From an uncultured bacterium (GTDB lineage Bacteria > Margulisbacteria > WOR-1 > JAKLHX01), in contig CAZQZN010000002.1 in NCBI GenBank assembly GCA_964597815.1, forward strand, positions 82,679-146,678: DNA of 64,000 nt, in the 5' to 3' direction. The notes under the pieces are model-generated. The model saw nothing but the letters and a program-made list of their open reading frames with translations. It did not search any database and had not been told where the DNA came from. A program made the position numbers and the translations under genes. This document shows positions 19,460-28,420 of this stretch, piece after piece. Each line of letters begins with the position of its first letter. Within the stretch, counting starts at the first letter, position 1.

Positions 19460-19951
19460 ATGAAAAATAAAAATGCTATAACGATTCTTGAACTCTTAAT
19501 CACTCTAATGATTACAACTCTTGTGATGGGGCTCCTTGTTGTTGTTTTTATTGCCGGTTCAAATGTATATAACGAAGAAATATCAGAATCTCTGGCATTG
19601 TCAGAAGCAAACAAAGCAATCAATTCTCTCAAAAATGATTTAAGAAGCTGTCTGGAAATAACTTCCGCAAGTTCAAAAAGCATAACTTTTTGGGCTGAGG
19701 ATTTTAATAACAACGGAACAAAAGAAGCAAGCGAATTGTTTTCATACAGTTGGAGTGGTGTTGCCAATGATCCGCTGATAAAAACCGAAAATGGCCAAAG
19801 CTATATGGTCGCAAAAAACTTGAAAAATTTCCAGCTAACATATAATAGTCCTATTTTATCTTCAATAACACAGGTAAATATTTTGGCTGTTGCTGGCAAC
19901 TCTGGACAGCTGGCAACATTTGAAACTTCTGTTAAATTGCGGAATATTTAA
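19460..19951 (+). CDS. Minor pilin / pseudopilin (PilW/GspJ-like)
   Basis: 163 aa. MKNKNA|ITILELLITLMITTLV prepilin-type N-terminus. Confidence 0.65.
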   Translation: MKNKNAITILELLITLMITTLVMGLLVVVFIAGSNVYNEEISESLALSEANKAINSLKNDLRSCLEITSASSKSITFWAEDFNNNGTKEASELFSYSWSGVANDPLIKTENGQSYMVAKNLKNFQLTYNSPILSSITQVNILAVAGNSGQLATFETSVKLRNI

Positions 19952-19964
19952 AAGGAGGAAAGCA

Positions 19965-21143
19965 ATGATTAATGGGAAAAAAGGAAATATACTCACAACT
20001 TTCATCATAATCGTTGCAATTGCATCAATCGTCGGAGCATTTATGTTTGTTTTAACTGCAAGAGTAAGGGAGCTCCCAACAAAAAAAGCACAAGCAAAGG
20101 CATTTTATATCGCGGAAGCAGGAATAAATAAAGCGATTTGGTATGTTTCTACTCCAATTGAAGACGGTGGAATGGGACAAGGATACAGAATTACTGCTTC
20201 AACCGAAACATTTGGCGATGGGCAATACATATATTCTGTATTAGATGGTCCAACTACCGGCTCAATCTTAATAATTGCAACAGGGGAAGCCTTTGGAGTT
20301 TCAAAAACAATAGAGCAACTATTAAATTCTTCCGCTTCTTCAACAGCTAGTTTTGAATTTGCCGTGTATTCATCAAGCAATTTGACTATGAGCGGAGCAG
20401 GCACAATAAACGGGCCGGTATTTTCAGCAGGTAATATAACGCTTAACGGAGCAACAAATATTAGCGGACCAGTTAAAATCTTAGAAGGCAATTATTACAA
20501 AAAAAATGGAGTTAACCAACCAGCAACAACAGTTTCAACTCCTCCTCCAATGCCAACAATAGACAGATCTCCTTATGACGAATTACTCAGCCAAGCGGCT
20601 AGTCAACCCGCTGGAAATATGAGTATTTCTGGCGCTGGCAATTATTATCTAAATGGCGGAACTTTGTATGTAAATGGGAACCTTAACATAAGTGGAGCAA
20701 GGTCAATAAGAGGAGGAGGAACTATTGTTGTTACAGGAAATGTAAATATGTCCGGTAGCGGGATAATCGATTCAAACACAAAGATAATTGCAGGAAACAA
20801 TTTATCTTTAAGTGGAAGTCATGTTGTTAACTCAAATAGTGTTCTATTTGCGGGCAATAATATAGATTTGTCTGGAGCAGGAGATATCACTGGCTCTGTT
20901 ATAGCGATGAATGCTGTAAACGCCTCAGGAGCAGGAAGAACAATTGGTCTTGTCTATTCCCAAGCAGGACTTTCTGGAGCTAGAACCATAGTTGGAGCAA
21001 TCGTTTGCAGAAGCAACGCTGCATTTACTGGTGCAGTTAATATTACCTACAATCCTTCTGTCATTTCCGTTTCAACAATTCCGGGTATAATTTCAACAAC
21101 TGGCATAACAAAATCAAAAGGAGGATGGAAAGAGAAGAAATGA
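19965..21143 (+). CDS. PilX-like N-terminal domain protein with C-terminal beta-helix repeat region (putative pilus tip/adhesin)
   Basis: 392 aa, starting at the ATG at 19965, which is preceded by AAAGGAGG. N-terminal TM segment plus FYIAEAGINKAIWY (PilX_N-like). The C-terminal half is tandem GN(I/L)N(I/M)SG(A/S)G repeats. Confidence 0.55.
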   Translation: MINGKKGNILTTFIIIVAIASIVGAFMFVLTARVRELPTKKAQAKAFYIAEAGINKAIWYVSTPIEDGGMGQGYRITASTETFGDGQYIYSVLDGPTTGSILIIATGEAFGVSKTIEQLLNSSASSTASFEFAVYSSSNLTMSGAGTINGPVFSAGNITLNGATNISGPVKILEGNYYKKNGVNQPATTVSTPPPMPTIDRSPYDELLSQAASQPAGNMSISGAGNYYLNGGTLYVNGNLNISGARSIRGGGTIVVTGNVNMSGSGIIDSNTKIIAGNNLSLSGSHVVNSNSVLFAGNNIDLSGAGDITGSVIAMNAVNASGAGRTIGLVYSQAGLSGARTIVGAIVCRSNAAFTGAVNITYNPSVISVSTIPGIISTTGITKSKGGWKEKK

Positions 21144-22291
21144 TATTCTTTAAAAAAAGAAAAGCCAACGCTCTAACGACTTTCATCATCCTGATTGCCA
21201 TAAGTGCGCTCGTCTTAGCATACATTTTTGTTGTAACATCAAGAACCCAAGATGCATATCAAGTAAAGAAAAAAGAACAAGCATTTTTTATTGCCGAAGC
21301 AGGAATAAAAAAAGCTATTTGGGCTTTGATGAGCCCATCTGGCATAGGTGGCATGGGTGCATCTTGGAGACCAACAAATTATTCAGAAAGTTTTGGGAAC
21401 GGAACATACACATTTTCAATACTGAACGGACCAACAAGTACAACATTAATAATCATTTCAACTGGTGAAGTAAACGGTCAAAAAAGAACAATAAAACAGG
21501 AGATGGTTTCATCTTCTCTTCCAGCCGCTTTCAGTTATGCAATGTATAATAACGGTCCATTGACTTTAAAAGGATCAAGTGTTTTAATAGGAGATATATT
21601 TGCAAACGGCAATGTGTCAATCCAAAAAAATGCCAATCATCCAAGCGGAGATGTCTATACTATGCCGGGATATACTGTAAACGGCGTTCCCGGACAAATT
21701 CCCGACACAATTCCAACAATGCCAGCGCTAAACACTACTTATTACGACAACCTTATAACAACCGCTCAAACATACCCAGCAGCCAACCAAACAATAAGCA
21801 ATGTAAATCTAAATGGGGGTACAATTTTCATAAATGGCAATGCAACCATAAGCGGAAACATAACCGGTGGCGGCAAAATAGTCGCAACAGGCAACATAAC
21901 AATTCAATCTGCAAATATATCTTCAAACACAACAATTATCAGCAATGGTTCTATGTCCATTCAAGGTCCATCAAATATCGACTCAGGCGGAGTTTTATAT
22001 TCTCCAGTTCTCATTACTATCCCGGGCAATCCTAGAATCATAGGATCTGTCTTATCAGCAAAAATTGTAGCAAATGGAAATCCAACTATTATGGGAATAT
22101 TATTTTCTTGGGACGTGTCAACAGAACTCAATGGCAATGTTACTGTTTATGGAAGCGTTGTTAATCCGTCATCTTCAACATATAGCGGTAATATCAATTT
22201 AGAATTTAGAACTGAATATATACCAACTTATGTTGAGGGCCTCTCTTCCGGCGGACTTAGTTTGTTAAAAGGATCTTGGAAAGAATTATAA
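21125..22291 (+). CDS. Paralog of the PilX-like beta-helix protein
   Basis: About 383-388 aa. Alternative start at ATG 21140, forming an ATGA overlap with the upstream stop. Same architecture (TM, FFIAEAGIKKAIW, GN.T.SG repeats). Confidence 0.55.
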   Translation: MEREEMIFFKKRKANALTTFIILIAISALVLAYIFVVTSRTQDAYQVKKKEQAFFIAEAGIKKAIWALMSPSGIGGMGASWRPTNYSESFGNGTYTFSILNGPTSTTLIIISTGEVNGQKRTIKQEMVSSSLPAAFSYAMYNNGPLTLKGSSVLIGDIFANGNVSIQKNANHPSGDVYTMPGYTVNGVPGQIPDTIPTMPALNTTYYDNLITTAQTYPAANQTISNVNLNGGTIFINGNATISGNITGGGKIVATGNITIQSANISSNTTIISNGSMSIQGPSNIDSGGVLYSPVLITIPGNPRIIGSVLSAKIVANGNPTIMGILFSWDVSTELNGNVTVYGSVVNPSSSTYSGNINLEFRTEYIPTYVEGLSSGGLSLLKGSWKEL

Positions 22292-22294
22292 AAA

Positions 22295-23929
22295 ATGTTT
22301 GGTTTTAGAGAAAAAACAGGCAAAAAAGAGAGCTTTATTGGTGTAAATATCACTTCAAATGTGATAAATATCACATCCATAAAACAAGATGGGCAAAAAG
22401 TAATCGTCCAAAGTTTTGATACAGTCGAATTGCCTTTTGGATTAGAAAAAGAGAAAATCGACAATTTTATTTTAGAAACGCTAAAAAAATACTTTTCAAA
22501 TGTAAAATCACCAAAACCAAAAGTTTTTTCATTAATTTCAGGTCCAGATGTAATCATAAGAAGATTATCGCTTCCAAAATTACATCCTAAAGAACTGTTG
22601 GAAGCAATAAAATGGGAGATAAAAACTCATATTCCATTTCCCATTGAAAACGCGGCAATAAACTACACAGTTTTGGGAGAAATTCAAACAAAAGAAGCAC
22701 CAAAATTAGATCTATTAGTTGCAATCATTCCAAAAGATTATATTAAAAAGACAAATGCAATTTTTGAAAAAGCGGGAGTAATTCTTAAAGGGCTCACAAT
22801 TGCTCCATTTGCCGTATGGAATCTTTTAAAAGCTACTTCACTGTTAAAAAAAGATACAAAAACTGCTTTTGTTGATTTTGGCTCTGAGAATACTAAGGTT
22901 GTTTTCTTTGACGGAGAAAATCTTGAATTCTATAGAGAAATACCACTTGGGGGAATGCATATCACAAAATCAATGACTGGTTTGTTTGTTGCTGACAAAT
23001 GGCAGATGAACTTAAATTATTCGCAAGCGGAAGAATTGAAAAGGAAATTCGGGATCCCAGACGAAAACACAGAAGAAGTCACTGATGAAGGCATACCACT
23101 AAAACAAATTTATCAAGTAATTCGCCCAACACTCAGAAGATATATAAACGAAATATGCAGATCTTTTAATTATTACAAAGAACAATTTTCAAAAACATCG
23201 ATTGATAGAGTCATAATATCTGGAGGTGGCTCAAAATTAAAAAACCTTGACGCCCATCTTGCAGCAGAACTTGGAGTAAAAATTGAAAAAATTGAAAATC
23301 TACTAAGTGTTGAGAAAGGACAACTTATAAAGGACTCAAATGAATTGTTTAACGCAATACCACACATAGCAATGGCAATTGGAGCAGCTCTTTCACAGGC
23401 AAAAGAAATGAATTTTATTGGAAAATCATTTGGGACAGGTGGTTTAACGAGCGCAGAATCATCTCAACAAAGAGTTTTGATGCCACAACAGATGGGCAGC
23501 GTGATTATTTTAATTTTGGCAATCGTTTATATTATCGCAATCTTTGCATTTATAGGAAACTTAAACAAAACAATTAATGAATACGAACTAAAACTTAAAA
23601 ACCAACGTATACTGCTTATGAATCTCAAAATGCTTAATGAAAAACGCGATATTCTTGCAAAAATCGAAGCCCAAAAAAACTATTTAAATCCTCCTATTGC
23701 TGAAATATCAAATCTTTTGCCAAAAAAAGCATATTTAAAAACTTTGTCTTTTAATAACACAACAAAACAATTTTCTATTTCAGGAGTTTCTGAAAACATG
23801 TATTCCATTGGGGAATTTTTGAAAAAAGTAGAATCGTCTGGATTTTTTTCTGAAAGCTCGTTATCAGAAGCAAAAAAAATTGATGACAAACATTATTCTT
23901 TTTCGATGACATTTAAGTTGAAGATATAA
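22295..23929 (+). CDS. pilMN: PilM-PilN fusion protein (actin-like ATPase-fold PilM fused to PilN)
   Basis: 544 aa. The N-terminal ~370 aa have the PilM/FtsA-like fold (IISGGGSKLKNL). This is followed by a TM helix (VIILILAIVYIIAIFAFI) and a PilN-like coiled-coil/periplasmic domain. Confidence 0.75.
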   Translation: MFGFREKTGKKESFIGVNITSNVINITSIKQDGQKVIVQSFDTVELPFGLEKEKIDNFILETLKKYFSNVKSPKPKVFSLISGPDVIIRRLSLPKLHPKELLEAIKWEIKTHIPFPIENAAINYTVLGEIQTKEAPKLDLLVAIIPKDYIKKTNAIFEKAGVILKGLTIAPFAVWNLLKATSLLKKDTKTAFVDFGSENTKVVFFDGENLEFYREIPLGGMHITKSMTGLFVADKWQMNLNYSQAEELKRKFGIPDENTEEVTDEGIPLKQIYQVIRPTLRRYINEICRSFNYYKEQFSKTSIDRVIISGGGSKLKNLDAHLAAELGVKIEKIENLLSVEKGQLIKDSNELFNAIPHIAMAIGAALSQAKEMNFIGKSFGTGGLTSAESSQQRVLMPQQMGSVIILILAIVYIIAIFAFIGNLNKTINEYELKLKNQRILLMNLKMLNEKRDILAKIEAQKNYLNPPIAEISNLLPKKAYLKTLSFNNTTKQFSISGVSENMYSIGEFLKKVESSGFFSESSLSEAKKIDDKHYSFSMTFKLKI

Positions 23930-23938
23930 GGAGATAAG

Positions 23939-24838
23939 ATGAACAGAGCCTCGTGGCAAAAAATTTTGTTAGTGATATTGTTTTTTGCGGCAATAAGCTG
24001 GATTTCATATAACTATCTGCTAAAGAGTAAATTTGAAGAGCTGTCCAAACTCAAAAAATCTTTCGAGGATTTAAACGCCGAAGTATCTTCTTTGGGGGAA
24101 AAGAATGTTCAACTTGACACTGAGTCAATAAATAAAGAAATTGCCAAAAGATTAAGCGAAATAAGTGAAAAAGCTCCAAGCGAAGTCGATCTTCCATATA
24201 TCATCGAAAAGTTTATATTTGAATCTTTAAAAGGGCTTGACATAGAATATACATTTGTTCAGCCGCAACAAGCAGTAAAAGAAGATTCTTTCAAAAGAGT
24301 ACCAATAAATATTGATATATCCGCAAAATTCGAACCGCTTACCCAATATATTCAGCGTTTAGAAAATATGCCTTTCACCATAAGAATCGACAATATGGAT
24401 ATTTCAAAATCGCCGGAAGTATTAGATAAAAACGGGCAGAAAATAGAGGATTCACAAACCTTAATCGTTAAGCTAACGATATCTCTTTTTGCTATGCCGG
24501 GAGGAACTTCTACTCTCGGATCAGTTGAATCAACACCAAATATTTCACAAATACCATTAAATAACCCATTTTTTGAGAATGAGTTTTCGTCCAAAGAAGT
24601 GAATATTAGTGCGCAAAAATATAAAACACCTGTAAAAACAAAAAGAACAAGGCCAAGAAAAATTTATCCAATTTTAAAAGGAATTTACAAAGGCGAAACG
24701 ACAAAAGCTTTCATAAATGATAGCATATATGGAGTGGGAGATATTATTAACGGTTACATTATTACGCAGATTGCTGATAATTTTGTTGTTCTAACAAAAG
24801 ATGGGAAAGCATACACACTAAAATTAGGAGGAAAATAA
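23939..24838 (+). CDS. PilO-like protein, possibly fused to a PilP-like C-terminal beta domain
   Basis: 299 aa. N-terminal TM plus coiled coil (PilO-like). The C-terminal IYKGETTKAFINDSIYGVGDIINGYIITQIADNFVVLTKDGKAYTLKL resembles the PilP beta-domain. Confidence 0.55.
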   Translation: MNRASWQKILLVILFFAAISWISYNYLLKSKFEELSKLKKSFEDLNAEVSSLGEKNVQLDTESINKEIAKRLSEISEKAPSEVDLPYIIEKFIFESLKGLDIEYTFVQPQQAVKEDSFKRVPINIDISAKFEPLTQYIQRLENMPFTIRIDNMDISKSPEVLDKNGQKIEDSQTLIVKLTISLFAMPGGTSTLGSVESTPNISQIPLNNPFFENEFSSKEVNISAQKYKTPVKTKRTRPRKIYPILKGIYKGETTKAFINDSIYGVGDIINGYIITQIADNFVVLTKDGKAYTLKLGGK

Positions 24839-24839
24839 T

Positions 24840-26144
24840 ATGAGATTGCGAATTTGCATTATTTTGCTTGTTTTAGCAATAATTCTCCAAAATGCTGGCA
24901 TTTCTCAAGAAAAAAAAATATCTCTCAATCTTTTGAACGCTCCTTTAAATACTGTCATCTATGCCCTTGGAAAAGAAGCTGGGTTAAATATTGTTGCTTC
25001 AGACAAGATAAAAGGAAAAGTGACAATAGCAGTTAACGATGTAAGCGCATACGATGCTTTGGTTGCAGTTTTAAACGCTTCTGGCTTTGGATATAAAAGA
25101 GACGGCAATATACTGCAAATTATCGTGCCTGAATCAAAAGCGCTTTCAAAAGGGGAACCGCTTTATACAAAAAAAGGTTTTGTCACAAAAGGATTTATGA
25201 TAAATAATCTTGCCCCAGCGGATGTCGAAGAAACTATCAAAAAAATGGAATTTGCTAACACAAGAATACTTTCTTCTAAAGGTTCAAACCTTTTGGTAAT
25301 AGAAGCTCCTGAAAACATTATCTCTGAAATTGAAACTGTAATAAAAAAACTTGACGACTCACCAAAGCAAGTTTTGGTTGAATCACAAATAATTGAAATC
25401 ACTGTCGGTAACAGCGCTGCGCCAGATGTTCTTGGAACACAGGCAAAATATGTTGGCTCAACTTATGATTTCCAAACAGAAGGACTGGCAAATCCGGCAA
25501 CAGCTGGAACTCCCGGTTTTTATGCTCATGTAATAAGGGGCAATGCAGAAGCTTATGTTGAAACACTGGAAAATAAAGAAGGATTTAATCTCTTGGCTCA
25601 TCCAAAAGTTGTTGCAATATCTGGAAAGCCGGCAAACATAATTAGCGGTTCAAAACTTGGATACAGGACAACAATTACTACACAAACTGGAACAATACAA
25701 AATGTAGATTTTTTGGAAGTAGGAACAAAACTCTCTTTTGTGCCATATGTAAATGATGACGGTACAATCAGAATGGATATACATCCCGAAGTCAGCGAAG
25801 GATCGATAACTACTGACGGGCTCCCTCAAAAACAAACAACAGAAGCTACAACAACAGTAATTGTAAGAGATGGAGAAACAATAGTTATCGGCGGGCTTAT
25901 TAAAGACAAAACAAGAGAAATTGAAAAAGGAGTCCCAATAATTATGAATATACCAATTATCGGCAACTTATTCAAAAGAAAAGAGTTAACTTGGGAGAAA
26001 AAAGAGATAATAGCGGTAATAACACCTCACATAATCACCAATGAAAAGATAAAAAGCATGCAATCTGAAGCAGAAGAACTAAAGAATAAACAAAAAGATT
26101 CAAACATAGGCAAAGAACCGGGGATATTTTGGTGGATTAAATAA
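24840..26144 (+). CDS. pilQ: Type IV pilus secretin PilQ (short form)
   Basis: 434 aa. Signal peptide. C-terminal secretin domain (VIVRDGETIVIGGLIKDK...GVPIIMNIPIIGNLFKRKE...IIAVITPHII). Confidence 0.85.
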   Translation: MRLRICIILLVLAIILQNAGISQEKKISLNLLNAPLNTVIYALGKEAGLNIVASDKIKGKVTIAVNDVSAYDALVAVLNASGFGYKRDGNILQIIVPESKALSKGEPLYTKKGFVTKGFMINNLAPADVEETIKKMEFANTRILSSKGSNLLVIEAPENIISEIETVIKKLDDSPKQVLVESQIIEITVGNSAAPDVLGTQAKYVGSTYDFQTEGLANPATAGTPGFYAHVIRGNAEAYVETLENKEGFNLLAHPKVVAISGKPANIISGSKLGYRTTITTQTGTIQNVDFLEVGTKLSFVPYVNDDGTIRMDIHPEVSEGSITTDGLPQKQTTEATTTVIVRDGETIVIGGLIKDKTREIEKGVPIIMNIPIIGNLFKRKELTWEKKEIIAVITPHIITNEKIKSMQSEAEELKNKQKDSNIGKEPGIFWWIK

Positions 26145-26880
26145 TATCATCTAACAATTGTTTTGTGTAATCTTCCTTCGGGAAATTAAATATTCTTTCT
26201 GTTTCACCAAATTCTAAAATTTTGCCATTTCTCATAACAGAAATTTTATTGCAAATTTTTTTTGCTAGATGAAGATCATGAGTTATAAAAACATAAGTCA
26301 ATGATTTCCGGTTTTTTAATTGCATAAGCAAATCGATTATATCTTCCTGCAGATCAAAATCAAGAGAAGAAAGAGGTTCATCAAGTATCAAAAGTTTTGG
26401 ATCAGCCGCTAAACTTCGGGCAATGCAAATTCGCTGTGCTTGACCTCCTGAAAGCTCAGAAGGATATCTAAACAAAAAATCTTTTTCTAAACCTACATCT
26501 TTAAGTGATGAAACCGCCTTTGCATAAAGATCTATCTTTTTTACACCGTTAAAAACTAGAACTTCCCTCAATGTTGAATAAACTGTTATTTTGGGGTTTA
26601 ACGATGCAAAAGGATCTTGAAAAACTATTTGAATTTCCCTTAAAATGCGGCTGTTTTTAACTTTTATTTCCGAAACATCATTTTTTTTATAAAATATTTT
26701 CCCACTATCTTGTTTTATTAATCCAACTATAATTTTTGCAAGAGTTGTTTTGCCGCATCCTGATTCGCCCACAATCCCTAGAATATCATCATATTCAACA
26801 TCCAAATTGATATTATCCAAAATCAATCTTTTTGAAAAATATTTTTTTAAGCCTACAACTTGCAAAATATTGTTCATCAT
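26137..26880 (-). CDS. Peptide ABC transporter ATP-binding protein (OppF/DppF-like)
   Basis: Walker A GESGCGKTT, signature LSGGQAQRICIARSL. Start taken at the ATG forming an ATGA overlap with the upstream gene. Its 3' end overlaps the pilQ 3' end by 8 nt on the opposite strand. Confidence 0.8.
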   Translation of the reverse strand: MMNNILQVVGLKKYFSKRLILDNINLDVEYDDILGIVGESGCGKTTLAKIIVGLIKQDSGKIFYKKNDVSEIKVKNSRILREIQIVFQDPFASLNPKITVYSTLREVLVFNGVKKIDLYAKAVSSLKDVGLEKDFLFRYPSELSGGQAQRICIARSLAADPKLLILDEPLSSLDFDLQEDIIDLLMQLKNRKSLTYVFITHDLHLAKKICNKISVMRNGKILEFGETERIFNFPKEDYTKQLLDDII

Positions 26881-27596
26881 TTTAACCTTTGCACAATTTT
26901 TCCATTGCTCATCAAAGCGATTTTGTCGCACAATTTTTCAGCCAAGCGGAGATTGTGGCTTATAAAAAGCAGAGATATTTTATCTGTTCTTTTAAGATCC
27001 AAAAGCAATTCTACAATTTGTTTCTGCGTTGAAACATCTAATGCGGTAGTTGGCTCATCTGCAATGATAAATTTTGCACCGCAGGATAAAGCCATCGCGA
27101 TCATAATTCTTTGCCTTTGGCCACCGCTTAATTGATGGGGATATTGTCGTAAAACAACATCCACATCTGAAATTTTTACTTTTTTAAGGGCTTTTTTCAC
27201 AATAGTTAATGCTTCCGCCTCATCCAATCCAAAATGATATATTGGACCTTCAATGAGTTGTTCATAAATACTCATAACAGGATTTAAACTAGTAAATGGA
27301 TCCTGAAAAACCATAGAAATTGCCGAGCCTCTGATTTTTTGAAGTTCCTTGTCGCTAACACTTAATAAATCAATACCATTAAACTCTATTTTCCCGGAAA
27401 TTATTTTGGCAGGCGGCTGAATAAGTTTTAATATTGAAAGACCCAATGTGGTTTTGCCGCAACCGGATGGACCAGTTAATGCAAAAAACTCTCCTTCTTT
27501 TATCTTAAAACTTACACCATCAACTGCTTTGACAACATTATTTTTTTGCAGATAATAAGTTTTTAAATTTTCTACACTCAAAAAACTTTCATTCAT
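26877..27596 (-). CDS. Peptide ABC transporter ATP-binding protein (OppD/DppD-like)
   Basis: Walker A GPSGCGKTT, signature LSGGQRQRIMIAMAL. Confidence 0.85.
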   Translation of the reverse strand: MNESFLSVENLKTYYLQKNNVVKAVDGVSFKIKEGEFFALTGPSGCGKTTLGLSILKLIQPPAKIISGKIEFNGIDLLSVSDKELQKIRGSAISMVFQDPFTSLNPVMSIYEQLIEGPIYHFGLDEAEALTIVKKALKKVKISDVDVVLRQYPHQLSGGQRQRIMIAMALSCGAKFIIADEPTTALDVSTQKQIVELLLDLKRTDKISLLFISHNLRLAEKLCDKIALMSNGKIVQRLK

Positions 27597-28420
27597 TTTT
27601 GTATCTTTTCTTTAATCCCTTCACCAATCAAGTAAATACACAAAACCGTAATAAAAATAAAAAAACCGGGTATGATCGCCATCCAAGGAGCATCTCTTAA
27701 GTATGCTTGGGAATCTTGAAGCATATTTCCCCAAGATGACAAAGGCGGTTGAACACCAAGCCCTAAAAAACTAAGCGCGGATTCAGTTAAAATTGCGCCT
27801 GCCATTCCAATTGTTGCCGCAACCAAAACTGGTTCAATCACATTTGGCAGGATATGTCTGAACAAAATATTTTTTGTTGGTAAGCCTAAAACTTTTGCAG
27901 CTTCCACAAAAGGTCTTTCTTTTACTGACAAAACTTCTGCTCTGACTAATCTAGCAACTCCCATCCAAGAAGTCAGCCCAATAACAAAAACTACATTGTA
28001 GATATTTGGAGTAAACATCGCCTGTATAGAAAGAATTAAGAAGATAGAAGGGAAAGAAAGCATGACATCAACAAATCTCATTATCAAAAAATCAATCCAT
28101 CCACCAAAAAATCCCGATATAATCCCGAATAAAAAACCAACAATAACTGAAATAGCAACTGCAATAAATCCAACAGATAGAGATATTCTCGCTCCATACA
28201 AAATCCTAGAAAAAATATCCCTGCCAAAATCATCAGTGCCAAAAAAATGGTTAAAAGATGGAGGCAAAAGTGATTCCGTACCAAGTTCAGCTGGATTATA
28301 CCTGCACAAAAGCGGCGCAAACAGAGCCGCAAAAATCAGCAATATAATAAAAATTAAAGCGAACTGCGACGCTTTGTTTTCAAAAGCTAAAAAATCTTTT
28401 AATTTTTTAATCATTTTCAT
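27593..28420 (-). CDS. Peptide ABC transporter permease (OppC/DppC-like)
   Basis: 275 aa, six TM segments, ABC permease EAA-like loop (ESALSFLGLG). Confidence 0.8.
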   Translation of the reverse strand: MKMIKKLKDFLAFENKASQFALIFIILLIFAALFAPLLCRYNPAELGTESLLPPSFNHFFGTDDFGRDIFSRILYGARISLSVGFIAVAISVIVGFLFGIISGFFGGWIDFLIMRFVDVMLSFPSIFLILSIQAMFTPNIYNVVFVIGLTSWMGVARLVRAEVLSVKERPFVEAAKVLGLPTKNILFRHILPNVIEPVLVAATIGMAGAILTESALSFLGLGVQPPLSSWGNMLQDSQAYLRDAPWMAIIPGFFIFITVLCIYLIGEGIKEKIQK

